Assembly (NCBI GenBank): GCA_035361075.1 | Contig: DAOSBX010000016.1 | Location: 5,917-69,916 of the forward strand | Length of the DNA: 64,000 nt | Source of the DNA: Candidatus Hydrogenedens sp. | GTDB taxonomy: Bacteria; Hydrogenedentota; Hydrogenedentia; Hydrogenedentales; Hydrogenedentaceae | Direction: 5' to 3' | Notes under the pieces: generated by a model | The model's input: the letters and a program-made list of their open reading frames with translations, nothing else | What the model was told of the DNA's origin: nothing | Database searches by the model: none | In this document: piece after piece, positions 9,637 through 19,483 of the stretch | Layout: every line of letters begins with the position of its first letter | Position numbering within the stretch: position 1 is the stretch's first letter | Translations under genes and position numbers: made by a program

Positions 9637-10415
9637 TGACCACGAATGAAAAAGAACTGCTGATTTCTCAGATTATCTTTCGTGCTGTTTTACCCGTGAT
9701 TAAGGTTCTATTAGAAGACCATCCTACGTTCCGTAAACGTTTTGAAAATATTCAGGGAACGGTACAGTTTACAGCACAAAATGGCAACCAGAAAATTGGT
9801 GCTCATATTAAATTTGATAATCTTGATTTTCAAGTAATTCAGGAGATAATAGATAATCCTGATATTACATTCCATTTCTCTTCTCTCAAAAAAATGATAA
9901 ATTTTTTTACAGGGAAATTAGTATTACCCAAAATAAAAGGTTTAAAAAACGTCTCTTTACTTTGGAGAGTATTTAGCGTATTGTTAGCCATGAAACTTCT
10001 TATGCCCGATGCAAAACCTAAAAATGAGATAGATAAAAAAGTAAAGGTAAAAATGACGTTGTATATGGTATCAACTGCATTAAGTCAATTGAATAAAGCG
10101 GGCGACCCAGATATGGTAAAATGGACATCCAAACAACCCGAACGGATCTACCAATGGTCTGTAGATAATGAAGATATAGCATGCTGGTTAAAGATTAAGG
10201 CAGGCCAAACGAAAGCAGGTAGAGGTATGTATACATTACGAAAACCTTTTGTGCATATGCGATTCCCTGATATTGATTCCGCTTTGCCTGTTTTGACAAA
10301 TTCTATAGATACGGTACAAGCAATGGCACAAGGCTTAGTTATCACAGAGGGGTCGCCAGAATACGCAGCCAAATTAGGGGATTTTATGTTAAAAATAGCC
10401 GAACTCCTTACATAA
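9636..10415 (+). CDS. Hypothetical protein with SCP2-like domain, paralog of 5649-6452
   Basis: GTVQFTAQNGNQKIGAHIKFDNLDFQV...FFTGKLVLPKIKGLKNVSLL (SCP2-like). Translationally coupled to the transketolase C-subunit via an ATGA-type overlap. Confidence 0.45.
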   Translation: MTTNEKELLISQIIFRAVLPVIKVLLEDHPTFRKRFENIQGTVQFTAQNGNQKIGAHIKFDNLDFQVIQEIIDNPDITFHFSSLKKMINFFTGKLVLPKIKGLKNVSLLWRVFSVLLAMKLLMPDAKPKNEIDKKVKVKMTLYMVSTALSQLNKAGDPDMVKWTSKQPERIYQWSVDNEDIACWLKIKAGQTKAGRGMYTLRKPFVHMRFPDIDSALPVLTNSIDTVQAMAQGLVITEGSPEYAAKLGDFMLKIAELLT

Positions 10416-10550
10416 AACACTTGATTATTAAAAGACAAATCACATACTCCGTATTATTCCCCTCTTTTTCAAGTTGTAAATTTATCTAAAAAAACACTAC
10501 TATAAATACACTTTTTTATCAAAAGATGTAATTAAACATAATAAAGTCTC

Positions 10551-12032
10551 ATGAAAGAAAATGCAGTAACATTAAAATTAGCACTCCTACCCTGTATTTT
10601 ATTGATTGTCCTTTTGGTAATTAACGTCTGGCTGTTTGGAGATGAAGCCACTTCAGGTCCCTGTCAAGTAGCCTTGCTAATTTCCTCTATCATAGGAGGA
10701 ATTATTGGACATACAAAATTAGGTTTATCCTATCGAGACATCGAAAAAAAGGCAATTCACTCTATCGTACTGGCAATGGAGGCAATCATTATTCTATTAA
10801 TTGTCGGGGCAACTATTGCATTATGGATACAGGGAGGTATTGTACCCACGGTCATTTACTATGGAGTAAAAATACTTACGACAAAATCGTTCCCTATTGT
10901 GGCGTGTATCATTTGTTCTATTGTCTCTTTAGCAATTGGTAGTAGTTGGTCTACGATGGGAACTATAGGTGTGGCGCTAATGGGGATTGGCAAGGCTTTA
11001 GGATATTCCGAACCACTAATCGCAGGGGCAATCATTTCAGGTGCTTACCTCGGAGATAAGATGTCTCCCCTATCTGACACGACCAATCTTGCGCCAGCAG
11101 TAAGTGGGACAAATCTTTTTGTACACGTAAAGAATATGTTAAATACAACGGTTCCTTCTTATATCATCACTTTAATTGTTTTTTTAGTTATTGGCTTACT
11201 TTATAATGCAGGTAATCAAGATATACATCAAACAGATGCTATCATCAAAGGATTGGAGCAAAATTTTACAATTCACTGGGCATTCTTTGCAGTCCCTATT
11301 ACGGTTATTTTTTTAGCGATGAGAAAAACCCCAGCCATACCTGCGTTAACTATAGGTTGTATTTTAGGTGGAATTTTATCATTTATTTTCCAAAATGGCA
11401 CACCTAAAGAGTTATCACAACTTCCCATCTTCGTATCCCAGAACTATCAGAGAATTATTCATGTTGCCTATCATGGATATGTCTTACAAAGTGGTATTCC
11501 CGTATTAGATGACTTATTATCCACAGGGGGTATGGAAAAGATGTTTTCAACCATTTCCTTAATTATTATGGCAATGCTTTTTGGAGGTGTTATGGAGGCA
11601 ACAGGAATGCTCCAGAAAATAGCCGAGACCATGTTACACTATGTGCATTCCGCAGGGCAATTAATGGCATCTACCGTTGTAACCTGTGTTATTTTCAATG
11701 TCTTTGCTGCAGAGCAGTATTTAGCCATAATCATTCCGGGGCGTATGTTTCGTGCCTCCTATGTGGCAAGGGATTTGGATATGCGTAATTTATCACGTGT
11801 ATTGGAGGATGGTGCAACAGTTACATCTGTATTAGTTCCTTGGAACACATGTGGAGCCTTCGCAAGTTCTGTATTGGGCGTTTCAACCTTTCACTACCTT
11901 CCCTTTTGCTTCTTCAACTGGATTACACCTTTAATATCTATTTTTATGTCCTTAATCAATTATAATATTATTCCTGCAAAACCACAGGAAAAAGAAGATA
12001 TAAATGCACAATCAACAAACCAACAATCCTAA
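10551..12032 (+). CDS. nhaC: NhaC-family Na+/H+ antiporter
   Basis: 493 aa polytopic membrane protein with the NhaC-like GAYLGDKMSPLSDTTNLAP motif. Confidence 0.7.
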   Translation: MKENAVTLKLALLPCILLIVLLVINVWLFGDEATSGPCQVALLISSIIGGIIGHTKLGLSYRDIEKKAIHSIVLAMEAIIILLIVGATIALWIQGGIVPTVIYYGVKILTTKSFPIVACIICSIVSLAIGSSWSTMGTIGVALMGIGKALGYSEPLIAGAIISGAYLGDKMSPLSDTTNLAPAVSGTNLFVHVKNMLNTTVPSYIITLIVFLVIGLLYNAGNQDIHQTDAIIKGLEQNFTIHWAFFAVPITVIFLAMRKTPAIPALTIGCILGGILSFIFQNGTPKELSQLPIFVSQNYQRIIHVAYHGYVLQSGIPVLDDLLSTGGMEKMFSTISLIIMAMLFGGVMEATGMLQKIAETMLHYVHSAGQLMASTVVTCVIFNVFAAEQYLAIIIPGRMFRASYVARDLDMRNLSRVLEDGATVTSVLVPWNTCGAFASSVLGVSTFHYLPFCFFNWITPLISIFMSLINYNIIPAKPQEKEDINAQSTNQQS

Positions 12033-12038
12033 TTAAAT

Positions 12039-13022
12039 ATGAAAACAGAAGCAGGAATAAGTTTATCAGAAATATATGAACCTATTCAGAGTCCAATAAA
12101 AAAAGTGGAACAAGAAGTCCAGTCGATATGGGAAGAAGCACTAAACTTAGTGGAAATAGACCCAGCAACAGCCCCAAAGGCAAAAGGGAAATTATTACGT
12201 CCAGCAGTATGTTTGCTATGTGCAGGTGCCATAGGTAAAGAGGATTTGGATTCCTTTGTATATCTAGGCACTTCCTTTGAATTACTCCATTTAGCATCCC
12301 TCACTCATGATGATGTAATTGACCGTGCAATATTACGAAGAGGTGGGCAATCATTAAACACGTTGTGGGACAATCACGCTGCTGTTTTAGGGGGCGATTA
12401 TTTAGTGGCTCGAGCCATAGAACTTTTAGGGAGTTATAAAAATTATGAGATTATCCTTCACTCTGTCCGCTGTGTTCGGGAAATGGCAGAAGGGGAATTA
12501 AAATTCTTTGCAAAACCCATTGAATCATTTTCAATAGAAGATTGCACTGAATTAGCCCGTAATAAAACAGCAATGTTGTTTGCTCGTTCCGCTTCTTCAC
12601 CTGCATTTATTAACAACCTACCAGAAAAAGATGCCTTGTTTTCTTTTGGAGAAAATATAGGGATTGCATTTCAATTTATTGATGATTTATTAGACCTTAC
12701 TCAGGACACAACTATATTAGGAAAACCACGATATAGCGATATTACTGAACAAAAAGTGACATTGCCTATCTTATTGCTATGGGACAATTTAAATACTGAT
12801 GAGAAAAGATTCTTCAAGGATATATTCGGAAAAACATTGTCATTAGAAGAACAATGTTGGATTCAAAACATGTTGGAAAAGTATAAAATTGAAAAAAGTG
12901 TACTTGATTATGCAGAACGGTTGGGAGTTACAGCGATAGACCAAATAAAAGAACTTCCAGAAACGAAATTCAAAAAGTCATTAATAAAACTTTGTAAATT
13001 TATTATTTATCGACAAAATTAA
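12039..13022 (+). CDS. Polyprenyl diphosphate synthase (trans-isoprenyl diphosphate synthase family)
   Basis: First DDxxD (LTHDDVIDRA) and second DDxxD (FQFIDDLLDLTQD) motifs. 327 aa. Confidence 0.85.
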   Translation: MKTEAGISLSEIYEPIQSPIKKVEQEVQSIWEEALNLVEIDPATAPKAKGKLLRPAVCLLCAGAIGKEDLDSFVYLGTSFELLHLASLTHDDVIDRAILRRGGQSLNTLWDNHAAVLGGDYLVARAIELLGSYKNYEIILHSVRCVREMAEGELKFFAKPIESFSIEDCTELARNKTAMLFARSASSPAFINNLPEKDALFSFGENIGIAFQFIDDLLDLTQDTTILGKPRYSDITEQKVTLPILLLWDNLNTDEKRFFKDIFGKTLSLEEQCWIQNMLEKYKIEKSVLDYAERLGVTAIDQIKELPETKFKKSLIKLCKFIIYRQN

Positions 13023-13035
13023 TTGAATAAATAAT

Positions 13036-13641
13036 ATGGATTCTTCGTCTATGTTAAATAGAGATAATAATCCGATCTCACATGAGATATCGGATAAAAA
13101 ACTCATTGAACAGATAAAAAACGGCGACGAACAAGCATTCGTCACTATTATGAATCGGTACTACAATATGGTATTTTATGCATGTCTAAAAAGATTACAT
13201 AACAAAGAGATTGCTAAAGAGGCAGTTCAGGAAGTTTTTTTGAAAGTATGGAAAAATATCAACAGCTGTTCAGAAGAAACTTTTTTTACGTCATGGTTGC
13301 TTACAATCACACAGAACCATTGTATTGACTTAATACGGAAAGATAAAAGTCGGAGAAACCACGAGCAGTCCATGGAAGAAATAGAGAATATAGATAGTTT
13401 TTTATCAAAACACGATGCGATTCAAAATAAACTTGAAACAGAATATATATATCACCTCATTGAACAACTTCCTGAACCACAACGTTTCGTGCTTAAAAAA
13501 AGATTAGAAGGCTGGAGCGTTCAAGAAATTGCAGAACATTTAAATTGCCCATTAGGCACCGTTTTAAGCCGTTTTTCATTGGGAAAAAGGAAAATTTACG
13601 AACTTATGAAAATATCAAATATAACATTGAAAGATTTGTAA
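13036..13641 (+). CDS. ECF-type RNA polymerase sigma-70 factor
   Basis: Region 2 (VFLKVWKNI...WLLTITQNHCIDLIRK) and region 4 HTH (LPEPQRFVLKKRLEGWSVQEIAEHLNCPLGTVLSR). Confidence 0.8.
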   Translation: MDSSSMLNRDNNPISHEISDKKLIEQIKNGDEQAFVTIMNRYYNMVFYACLKRLHNKEIAKEAVQEVFLKVWKNINSCSEETFFTSWLLTITQNHCIDLIRKDKSRRNHEQSMEEIENIDSFLSKHDAIQNKLETEYIYHLIEQLPEPQRFVLKKRLEGWSVQEIAEHLNCPLGTVLSRFSLGKRKIYELMKISNITLKDL

Positions 13642-13696
13642 AAGATGGATATACTTTAAAGAAGAACAAAGATATTATGATAATAAAGGATAGAAT

Positions 13697-14188
13697 ATGA
13701 AAAAGTTGAAAATAATTACTCCTTCAGTCAATCAATGCCCTCTGTTTGAGTCTGTATGTGAGCATATCGAAACCAATGGAGGCAACATATCAGAGGAAAT
13801 AGCTACACATATAAAATCATGCCCCTCATGTAGAGAATATTATGAGTTTTGGCAGGAGTTTGAACTGTTCATTGAAGCCTCACCTAAGGAAACCGATGAA
13901 GACGTTATATCAGAATGGGAAAAACAAATTTCAATACAAAAAGTTCGACACCAAATACATCATAGGGCAAAACAGAAAAAAATAATAGTGTGGGGTCTTT
14001 TAACAGCAGTAGCAGGGATAGTGTTTTTAATCTTGGCATTATTCTACTTCATCCCTTCAACTCAGGCACCATCTGTTCAGGCAATCGAACAACCCTCAAT
14101 AATAGAGAAACCAAGTTCTGATTATTCAGGGAACTCCATACCTTATAACACGACCCCTGAAAAAAGACTTCCCGACAAAGATATGTAA
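13697..14188 (+). CDS. Putative anti-sigma factor (zinc-finger, single TM)
   Basis: Directly follows the ECF sigma gene. CPLFESVCEH...HIKSCPSCREYY Cys/His cluster, then a TM segment (IIVWGLLTAVAGIVFLILALFYFI). AAGGA SD. Confidence 0.5.
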   Translation: MKKLKIITPSVNQCPLFESVCEHIETNGGNISEEIATHIKSCPSCREYYEFWQEFELFIEASPKETDEDVISEWEKQISIQKVRHQIHHRAKQKKIIVWGLLTAVAGIVFLILALFYFIPSTQAPSVQAIEQPSIIEKPSSDYSGNSIPYNTTPEKRLPDKDM

Positions 14189-14219
14189 TCTATAAATAAA
14201 TTTGTAACCCCTTAAACAT

Positions 14220-15167
14220 TTATACAAGTGGAATTGTAAAATGTCGGTCTTCGGGAGCACCTCTTACCATCTCTCTACCGTGAATAAGTGATTTTTCTGC
14301 AAAGCTTTTATCTGACAAACCTAATGTCTCAACTTCCATGTATTCTGGGCTAACAATTATCCTGCGAAATTCTATCGGATACTCACACAAAGCAGACGTG
14401 GTTATTTGAACTACATTTTTATTCTGGACGATATAATTCATGTGCATATGACCAGATAAAACGACACAGGTTTTGGGATGTTGATAAAGTATATCCAAGA
14501 CCTCTTCTGCATTGGTCAAAATTCCGCTGTCTCGATATCCATCATATTTGCATCGATCTGGAATAGGAAATAGAGGACAATGAATAGATACAACGACAGG
14601 TTTATCCCTGCATGTTTTAAGTTCCTCTTTTAGCCATTCCGCATGTTCCTCAGCCAGAACCCACTGGATACCGCTATGGGTTTCCTTCATATTCTTAATT
14701 TGAGAAGGGTCCCGAATTGCGTGCACCGTCAAATCATCCCAAACCCAACTTACTTCTAACATACAAAAGTGAAGATTCTTATATGTGAATGAGTAGGTAA
14801 ATCGAGAGGTTGGAAAATGTTTATCAAAATATTTTAAAACACGAGATCGTGATTGATGTGTTTTTAAATCATGATTTCCACCCAAAAGATAGAATGGAAT
14901 ATTGATTGTATCAAATATTTTACGTATTTCCTTTTCCAACGATTCATCTTCGCAAGAACATACATCACCAGTAACAATAATAAAATCGGGATGATATTGA
15001 ACAACATCTTTAAGAAAACATCTCAGAATATCAAATGAAATAGATGTTAAAATACGATTATTCCAAATCCCGTCGGGGTCATAACCAAGATGAAAATCCG
15101 AACTGTGTATTAAATTCCATTTCTTCATATTGAAACTCAGTATAAAAATGTAAAATACATTCCTCAA
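14220..15167 (-). CDS. Calcineurin-like metallophosphoesterase
   Basis: SDFHLGYD, IIVTGDV, LLGGNHD, GHMHMN motifs. Confidence 0.75.
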   Translation of the reverse strand: MRNVFYIFILSFNMKKWNLIHSSDFHLGYDPDGIWNNRILTSISFDILRCFLKDVVQYHPDFIIVTGDVCSCEDESLEKEIRKIFDTINIPFYLLGGNHDLKTHQSRSRVLKYFDKHFPTSRFTYSFTYKNLHFCMLEVSWVWDDLTVHAIRDPSQIKNMKETHSGIQWVLAEEHAEWLKEELKTCRDKPVVVSIHCPLFPIPDRCKYDGYRDSGILTNAEEVLDILYQHPKTCVVLSGHMHMNYIVQNKNVVQITTSALCEYPIEFRRIIVSPEYMEVETLGLSDKSFAEKSLIHGREMVRGAPEDRHFTIPLV

Positions 15168-15176
15168 AAAGTATGT

Positions 15177-15353
15177 TTAGTCATGGGGTCTTCTATTTAA
15201 GTATGCCATCACTGCACCCACAATACCAACGGCAAAATAAATCCATAGGGGTTGTTTCGTAAGAGCACTCATAGACTCTGGCAAAATCCCCATAAACACA
15301 GCAATGCCAAAACCAAATCCCAAAATCATTAGCAACAAAGCTATTATCGTCAT
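15177..15353 (-). CDS. Small (58 aa) two-TM membrane protein, hypothetical
   Basis: Below the ORF-track size cutoff. Manual translation gives MTIIALLLMILGFGFGIAVFMGILPESMSALTKQPLWIYFAVGIVGAVMAYLNRRPHD. AAGGA about 9 nt upstream; ends 10 nt before the metallophosphoesterase start on the same strand. Confidence 0.3.
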   Translation of the reverse strand: MTIIALLLMILGFGFGIAVFMGILPESMSALTKQPLWIYFAVGIVGAVMAYLNRRPHD

Positions 15354-15485
15354 ATATTATTCCTTAATAATATATTTACATATAGAAAATCATAAACATT
15401 ATAAAATACAATATTTGTTAGTTCAATTTACAAATTACTATAAAATTATTTATCTATAAAATTACTATTTCCTGAGGTAACCAGA

Positions 15486-18026
15486 GTGGGTAGAAACGAT
15501 AAACGGATTAAAGAGTTAGAAGAACAGATACGTCAATTGACAGAACAGTTAGAATTCCTAATTCGGAATAAAGAAGAAACGACTGACGAGCCAGCAAATA
15601 TAAATAACAACGAAACGCAGGTATCATCTGATTTTGATATTCGTTCTTCACCGTCTCCAGATAGAGCACATATTTTTCCTTCAATTCAACCACTCATCTC
15701 TGCGATAAAGACGGCATTAAAAATAAATTCACACCAAGATTTAGAGCAAAAAATAGGTTCTATTTGGGCAAGTCGCATTGGGGCTATATTAGTAATAACA
15801 GCTGTTGTATTAGGTGCACGAACAACATTTTATACCTCAGGAATCAATGAGTGGGAAAAAATCGGAATAGGATATTGTTTTTCTGTAATCCTTATTCTAT
15901 GGGAAAGAATAAGCCGAAAAAAAAATATCTTCACAGATGTCATTTTAAGTTCTGGCTTAACTGGAATTTACTTTACCACCTACGCAGCTCTTTTCATTAA
16001 TGAGACTAAGTTATTACCCATCTTTAATAACAACACCCTTCTTTTCTGGGTAGGATTGCCTGCCTTACTTTTATGCCTTGTTCCTATGATTATGATCGCT
16101 CATAAAAGAGAAAGCACTACTATAGCGGGAGTAGGTTTATTCCTCACCTATTATAGTGTGGCTCTTAGCTGTTATAACGAACCTAACATAACGACGCTCA
16201 TCCATGCCCTTTTTACAAGTATTACCATTGCCATCATTACTTTTATTTTCTATCTTCTTCACAATTGGCTTTTACTTTCATGGTCAAGCGTTCTTGCTTC
16301 GTATGCCACTTATTTATACGTTTTTTTATATCTCAATCCTCACACCTATTTTCAGATTCCCGAAAAAATATATTTCTGGATATCTTTCATATTTTTAACC
16401 ACGTGCTTCGTCCTATTTTCTATCACATGTATTCTTGATGCACGAAAACGGGGAGAATATCGTAAAGGAATCGCACCTCTTGTTGGTTGTAATTCTGCTA
16501 TTTATTTTTGTCTAACTTTTTATGCAGTTCGAACGTATTACCTTCCTTATGAATATTTGTTTCGCTCAGGCTTTGCATTAATGCTACTTCTTTTTACAAT
16601 ACTCTCCCATCTTTTAGGCCCTCGCAATAATTACATATTTAAAATTTTTATTATTAAAACCATCATCATGAGCACACTTGCTATTCAAGCATATTTCTCA
16701 GGTGAAAAGCTTCTAATAGCTCTCAGTATTGAATGTCTTGCATTGGCATTAGCACATAAAAGAAGTGGGTATCTTGTTTATCGAGTTATGAATTTTTTCT
16801 TATTATGGGTCACTTTCTTCTGGGGCATTTTTTATTTAGGTTTACGTGGAGAAATTTTTCTGTTTGGGATGAATATCCCAACCAAATGGTTCGCTATTTA
16901 TGGGACTGCTCTATTCCTTTTTGTTGTTTCATGGTTCTATGAGCATTTTGTCACCTCTAATCATGGGCATTCTGAAATCGACCTTTCATTGTCAGTTCGT
17001 TGGCAGTTTCCACCCCTGATGATGTCCATATTGCATGCCTGTATTGCTTCAATCCTCATATTATTAATAACCCTCGTAGACTTTATGGATGACCCACGAT
17101 TGCCTCTTATCTTAACAACAGAATTGCTTTTCATCTTAGCATTAGGCATCATTACATCGACACCTGCTATTGATTTTAGTAGTGTATTATTACTTCTCTC
17201 AGCCCAAGTATGTTATTTACTTTACTATTTTACTCAACGTGACATCATTATAAACGTTCCCTATTTTCTCTCTACAAGCCTCCCTCTGGCTTTTATATCC
17301 TTTATCGGGGCTTACGCATGGGAACAGTATTTAGAACACATTCGGCACCATAAACAGGACCTAACTCACTTTATTCTTTCGTTGTTTCCCTATATAACAA
17401 GTGTATTCATTACCATCATTGTTATAAATGAAGTTCTATCTCCATTAAAGGTTATAACGATTACTTCGTTATTAGGACTTGCTATATATACCTTTGGAGG
17501 TGCGAGCCGACTGCCATCCTTTTCCATCTCAGGAATTATTTTTATCGTTATTGCCTCATTAAATTATATGTTATACTTATCAAAAATACCTCAAAATCAA
17601 TACAATCTTCCCGTCCTTTCACTTTCAATCGCTCTATTTCTTATCGGGATCTTTGCAGAAAGGATTACCTACATAACACAAAAAAATGTATTTGGGACAG
17701 GTACGCCCAATATGCTTATACGGATATTGTTTTTACTCATAATAGCAAATACGGCTCTCTTTGCTGGCTACACATGTTTGCCAAAAAATATGATTATTTT
17801 TTATTGGCTAACTGTCTCTCTTTTTATCATCCTATTGGGGATTCTACTACACGAGCCACTGTACCGATGGACTGGTTTTTACATTCTTTTCATTACCTTA
17901 ATGCGAACCTTCTTTGCTTTCCAATATATTTCTTCTGAAATATATCGTGTTTTAAGTTTTGCCGTTTCAGCGGTTGTACTTCTTCTAATAGGTTGGATAT
18001 ATTCTCGAAATCAAAGTTCTATATAA
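15486..18026 (+). CDS. Large polytopic membrane protein with N-terminal coiled-coil (DUF2339-like)
   Basis: GTG start preceded by GAGGT. N-terminal KRIKELEEQIRQLTEQLEFL coiled coil followed by more than 20 predicted TM helices across 846 aa. Confidence 0.5.
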   Translation: MGRNDKRIKELEEQIRQLTEQLEFLIRNKEETTDEPANINNNETQVSSDFDIRSSPSPDRAHIFPSIQPLISAIKTALKINSHQDLEQKIGSIWASRIGAILVITAVVLGARTTFYTSGINEWEKIGIGYCFSVILILWERISRKKNIFTDVILSSGLTGIYFTTYAALFINETKLLPIFNNNTLLFWVGLPALLLCLVPMIMIAHKRESTTIAGVGLFLTYYSVALSCYNEPNITTLIHALFTSITIAIITFIFYLLHNWLLLSWSSVLASYATYLYVFLYLNPHTYFQIPEKIYFWISFIFLTTCFVLFSITCILDARKRGEYRKGIAPLVGCNSAIYFCLTFYAVRTYYLPYEYLFRSGFALMLLLFTILSHLLGPRNNYIFKIFIIKTIIMSTLAIQAYFSGEKLLIALSIECLALALAHKRSGYLVYRVMNFFLLWVTFFWGIFYLGLRGEIFLFGMNIPTKWFAIYGTALFLFVVSWFYEHFVTSNHGHSEIDLSLSVRWQFPPLMMSILHACIASILILLITLVDFMDDPRLPLILTTELLFILALGIITSTPAIDFSSVLLLLSAQVCYLLYYFTQRDIIINVPYFLSTSLPLAFISFIGAYAWEQYLEHIRHHKQDLTHFILSLFPYITSVFITIIVINEVLSPLKVITITSLLGLAIYTFGGASRLPSFSISGIIFIVIASLNYMLYLSKIPQNQYNLPVLSLSIALFLIGIFAERITYITQKNVFGTGTPNMLIRILFLLIIANTALFAGYTCLPKNMIIFYWLTVSLFIILLGILLHEPLYRWTGFYILFITLMRTFFAFQYISSEIYRVLSFAVSAVVLLLIGWIYSRNQSSI

Positions 18027-18036
18027 TGGGCTTGTT

Positions 18037-19368
18037 ATGATAAAAACACATAAAAAAAATAACGATTTATTAGAAAAAGGGGCACGAAAAATCTGCCATA
18101 TTTTAAGTAATAATGGCTATATTGCTTATTTTGCTGGTGGTTGTGTTCGAGATTTAATCATGAAGAGAACTCCCATAGACTATGACATCGCAACCAATGC
18201 TGTTCCAGATAAGGTTGGCACATTATTCCCACATTCCATAACCTTATGGAAAAATTATGGGGTTGTCCGTGTCCTTCTTCCCGAAGGCGAATTTGAAGTG
18301 ACAACCTTTCGTTCTGACGCTCCTTATTTTGATGGGAGACATCCTTCATCTGTCACATTTTCAACACCAGAAGAAGATGCTAAACGAAGAGATTTCACTA
18401 TTAATGCCCTGTTTTACGACCCAATACACGAGAAAATTATTGATTACGTAGGAGGTCAAGAAGATATTAAGAAAAGAGTTATAAGGACGGTAGGTAACCC
18501 TTACCAACGTTTTTCTGAAGATTATCTTCGCTTACTTAGGGCAGTCCGATTTTCTGCTCGCTTTAACTTTGATATCGAAGAAGAAACATTACAAGCCATG
18601 AAAGCACTTCATGAAAATATAAAAAACGTATCTGCGGAACGGATTCGTGATGAAATAACAAAAATTCTAACGGAGGGAAATCCAAAATTAGCATTTGAAA
18701 TTTTAAGTCAAACGGAATTACTACGGGAAATACTTCCTGAAATAGCAGATTTGCAAGGGGTTCAACAAGATAATGAGTTTCACCCCGAAGGGGATGTTTG
18801 GACACATACGCTTTTAGCCTTACAAGAATTAAAGCAACCACCAATTGAATTAGCGATGGCAGTGCTATTACACGACGTAGGCAAAAAAGAAACATTTACT
18901 GTTGCGGACCGTTTTCGTTTCCCAAAACACGAATCCGTAGGCGCACATATTACAAAAAACATATTAGAACGGTTACGATTTTCCAACATTGAGACAGAAC
19001 ATATCGTTTGGTTAGTAAAAAACCACATGACCTTACTTCAATATCCACAAATGAAAGAAAGTACTCGAAAAAAACTATTTAGAAATCCGATTTTTCCATT
19101 GTTATTAGAATTGGTTAAAACAGATATTAAAGCAAGCCATGGCGACATGTCCCCTCTTTTACAAATTGAAACAGACTATAAAGCCTTTTTAAAAGAGCTA
19201 CCAAAACTAAAACCGTTACTATGTGGAAAAGATTTGATTGCTTTAGGTTATACCCCTGGACCTGTATTTAAAACGATTTTATCTGAAATTGAAAATGCTC
19301 AATTGGAAGGAACTTTAAAAACAAAAGAAGAAGCAGTTCAATACGTTCTAAAACATTGGCACAAATAA
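18037..19368 (+). CDS. cca: CCA-adding tRNA nucleotidyltransferase with HD domain
   Basis: GYIAYFAGGCVRDLIMKRTPIDYDIAT, RRDFTINALFYDP, and HD motif VLLHDVGK. Confidence 0.85.
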   Translation: MIKTHKKNNDLLEKGARKICHILSNNGYIAYFAGGCVRDLIMKRTPIDYDIATNAVPDKVGTLFPHSITLWKNYGVVRVLLPEGEFEVTTFRSDAPYFDGRHPSSVTFSTPEEDAKRRDFTINALFYDPIHEKIIDYVGGQEDIKKRVIRTVGNPYQRFSEDYLRLLRAVRFSARFNFDIEEETLQAMKALHENIKNVSAERIRDEITKILTEGNPKLAFEILSQTELLREILPEIADLQGVQQDNEFHPEGDVWTHTLLALQELKQPPIELAMAVLLHDVGKKETFTVADRFRFPKHESVGAHITKNILERLRFSNIETEHIVWLVKNHMTLLQYPQMKESTRKKLFRNPIFPLLLELVKTDIKASHGDMSPLLQIETDYKAFLKELPKLKPLLCGKDLIALGYTPGPVFKTILSEIENAQLEGTLKTKEEAVQYVLKHWHK

Positions 19369-19483
19369 CGTATCCCCTACACGATGGGAGTATTGGTTTA
19401 ACATATCTTTTTAAAAACTCGTTTTCCAGATTCCTTCCATCTAATTTTGATAAAATTAATAGAAGTAAGGAATATATGCGATT

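Noticed and set aside
12082-12304. Two overlapping 71/72-aa minus-strand ORFs
   Set aside because: Antisense to the 5' end of the polyprenyl synthase gene; no RBS.
16204-16398. 64-aa plus-strand ORF and other ORFs of 100 aa or less nested in large genes (e.g. 25602-26144, 26607-27053, 56091-56501, 62502-63254)
   Set aside because: All lie inside, or antisense to, confidently assigned genes (DUF2339 protein, ilvD, rsgA, gyrA) and have biased, low-complexity translations typical of off-frame reading.
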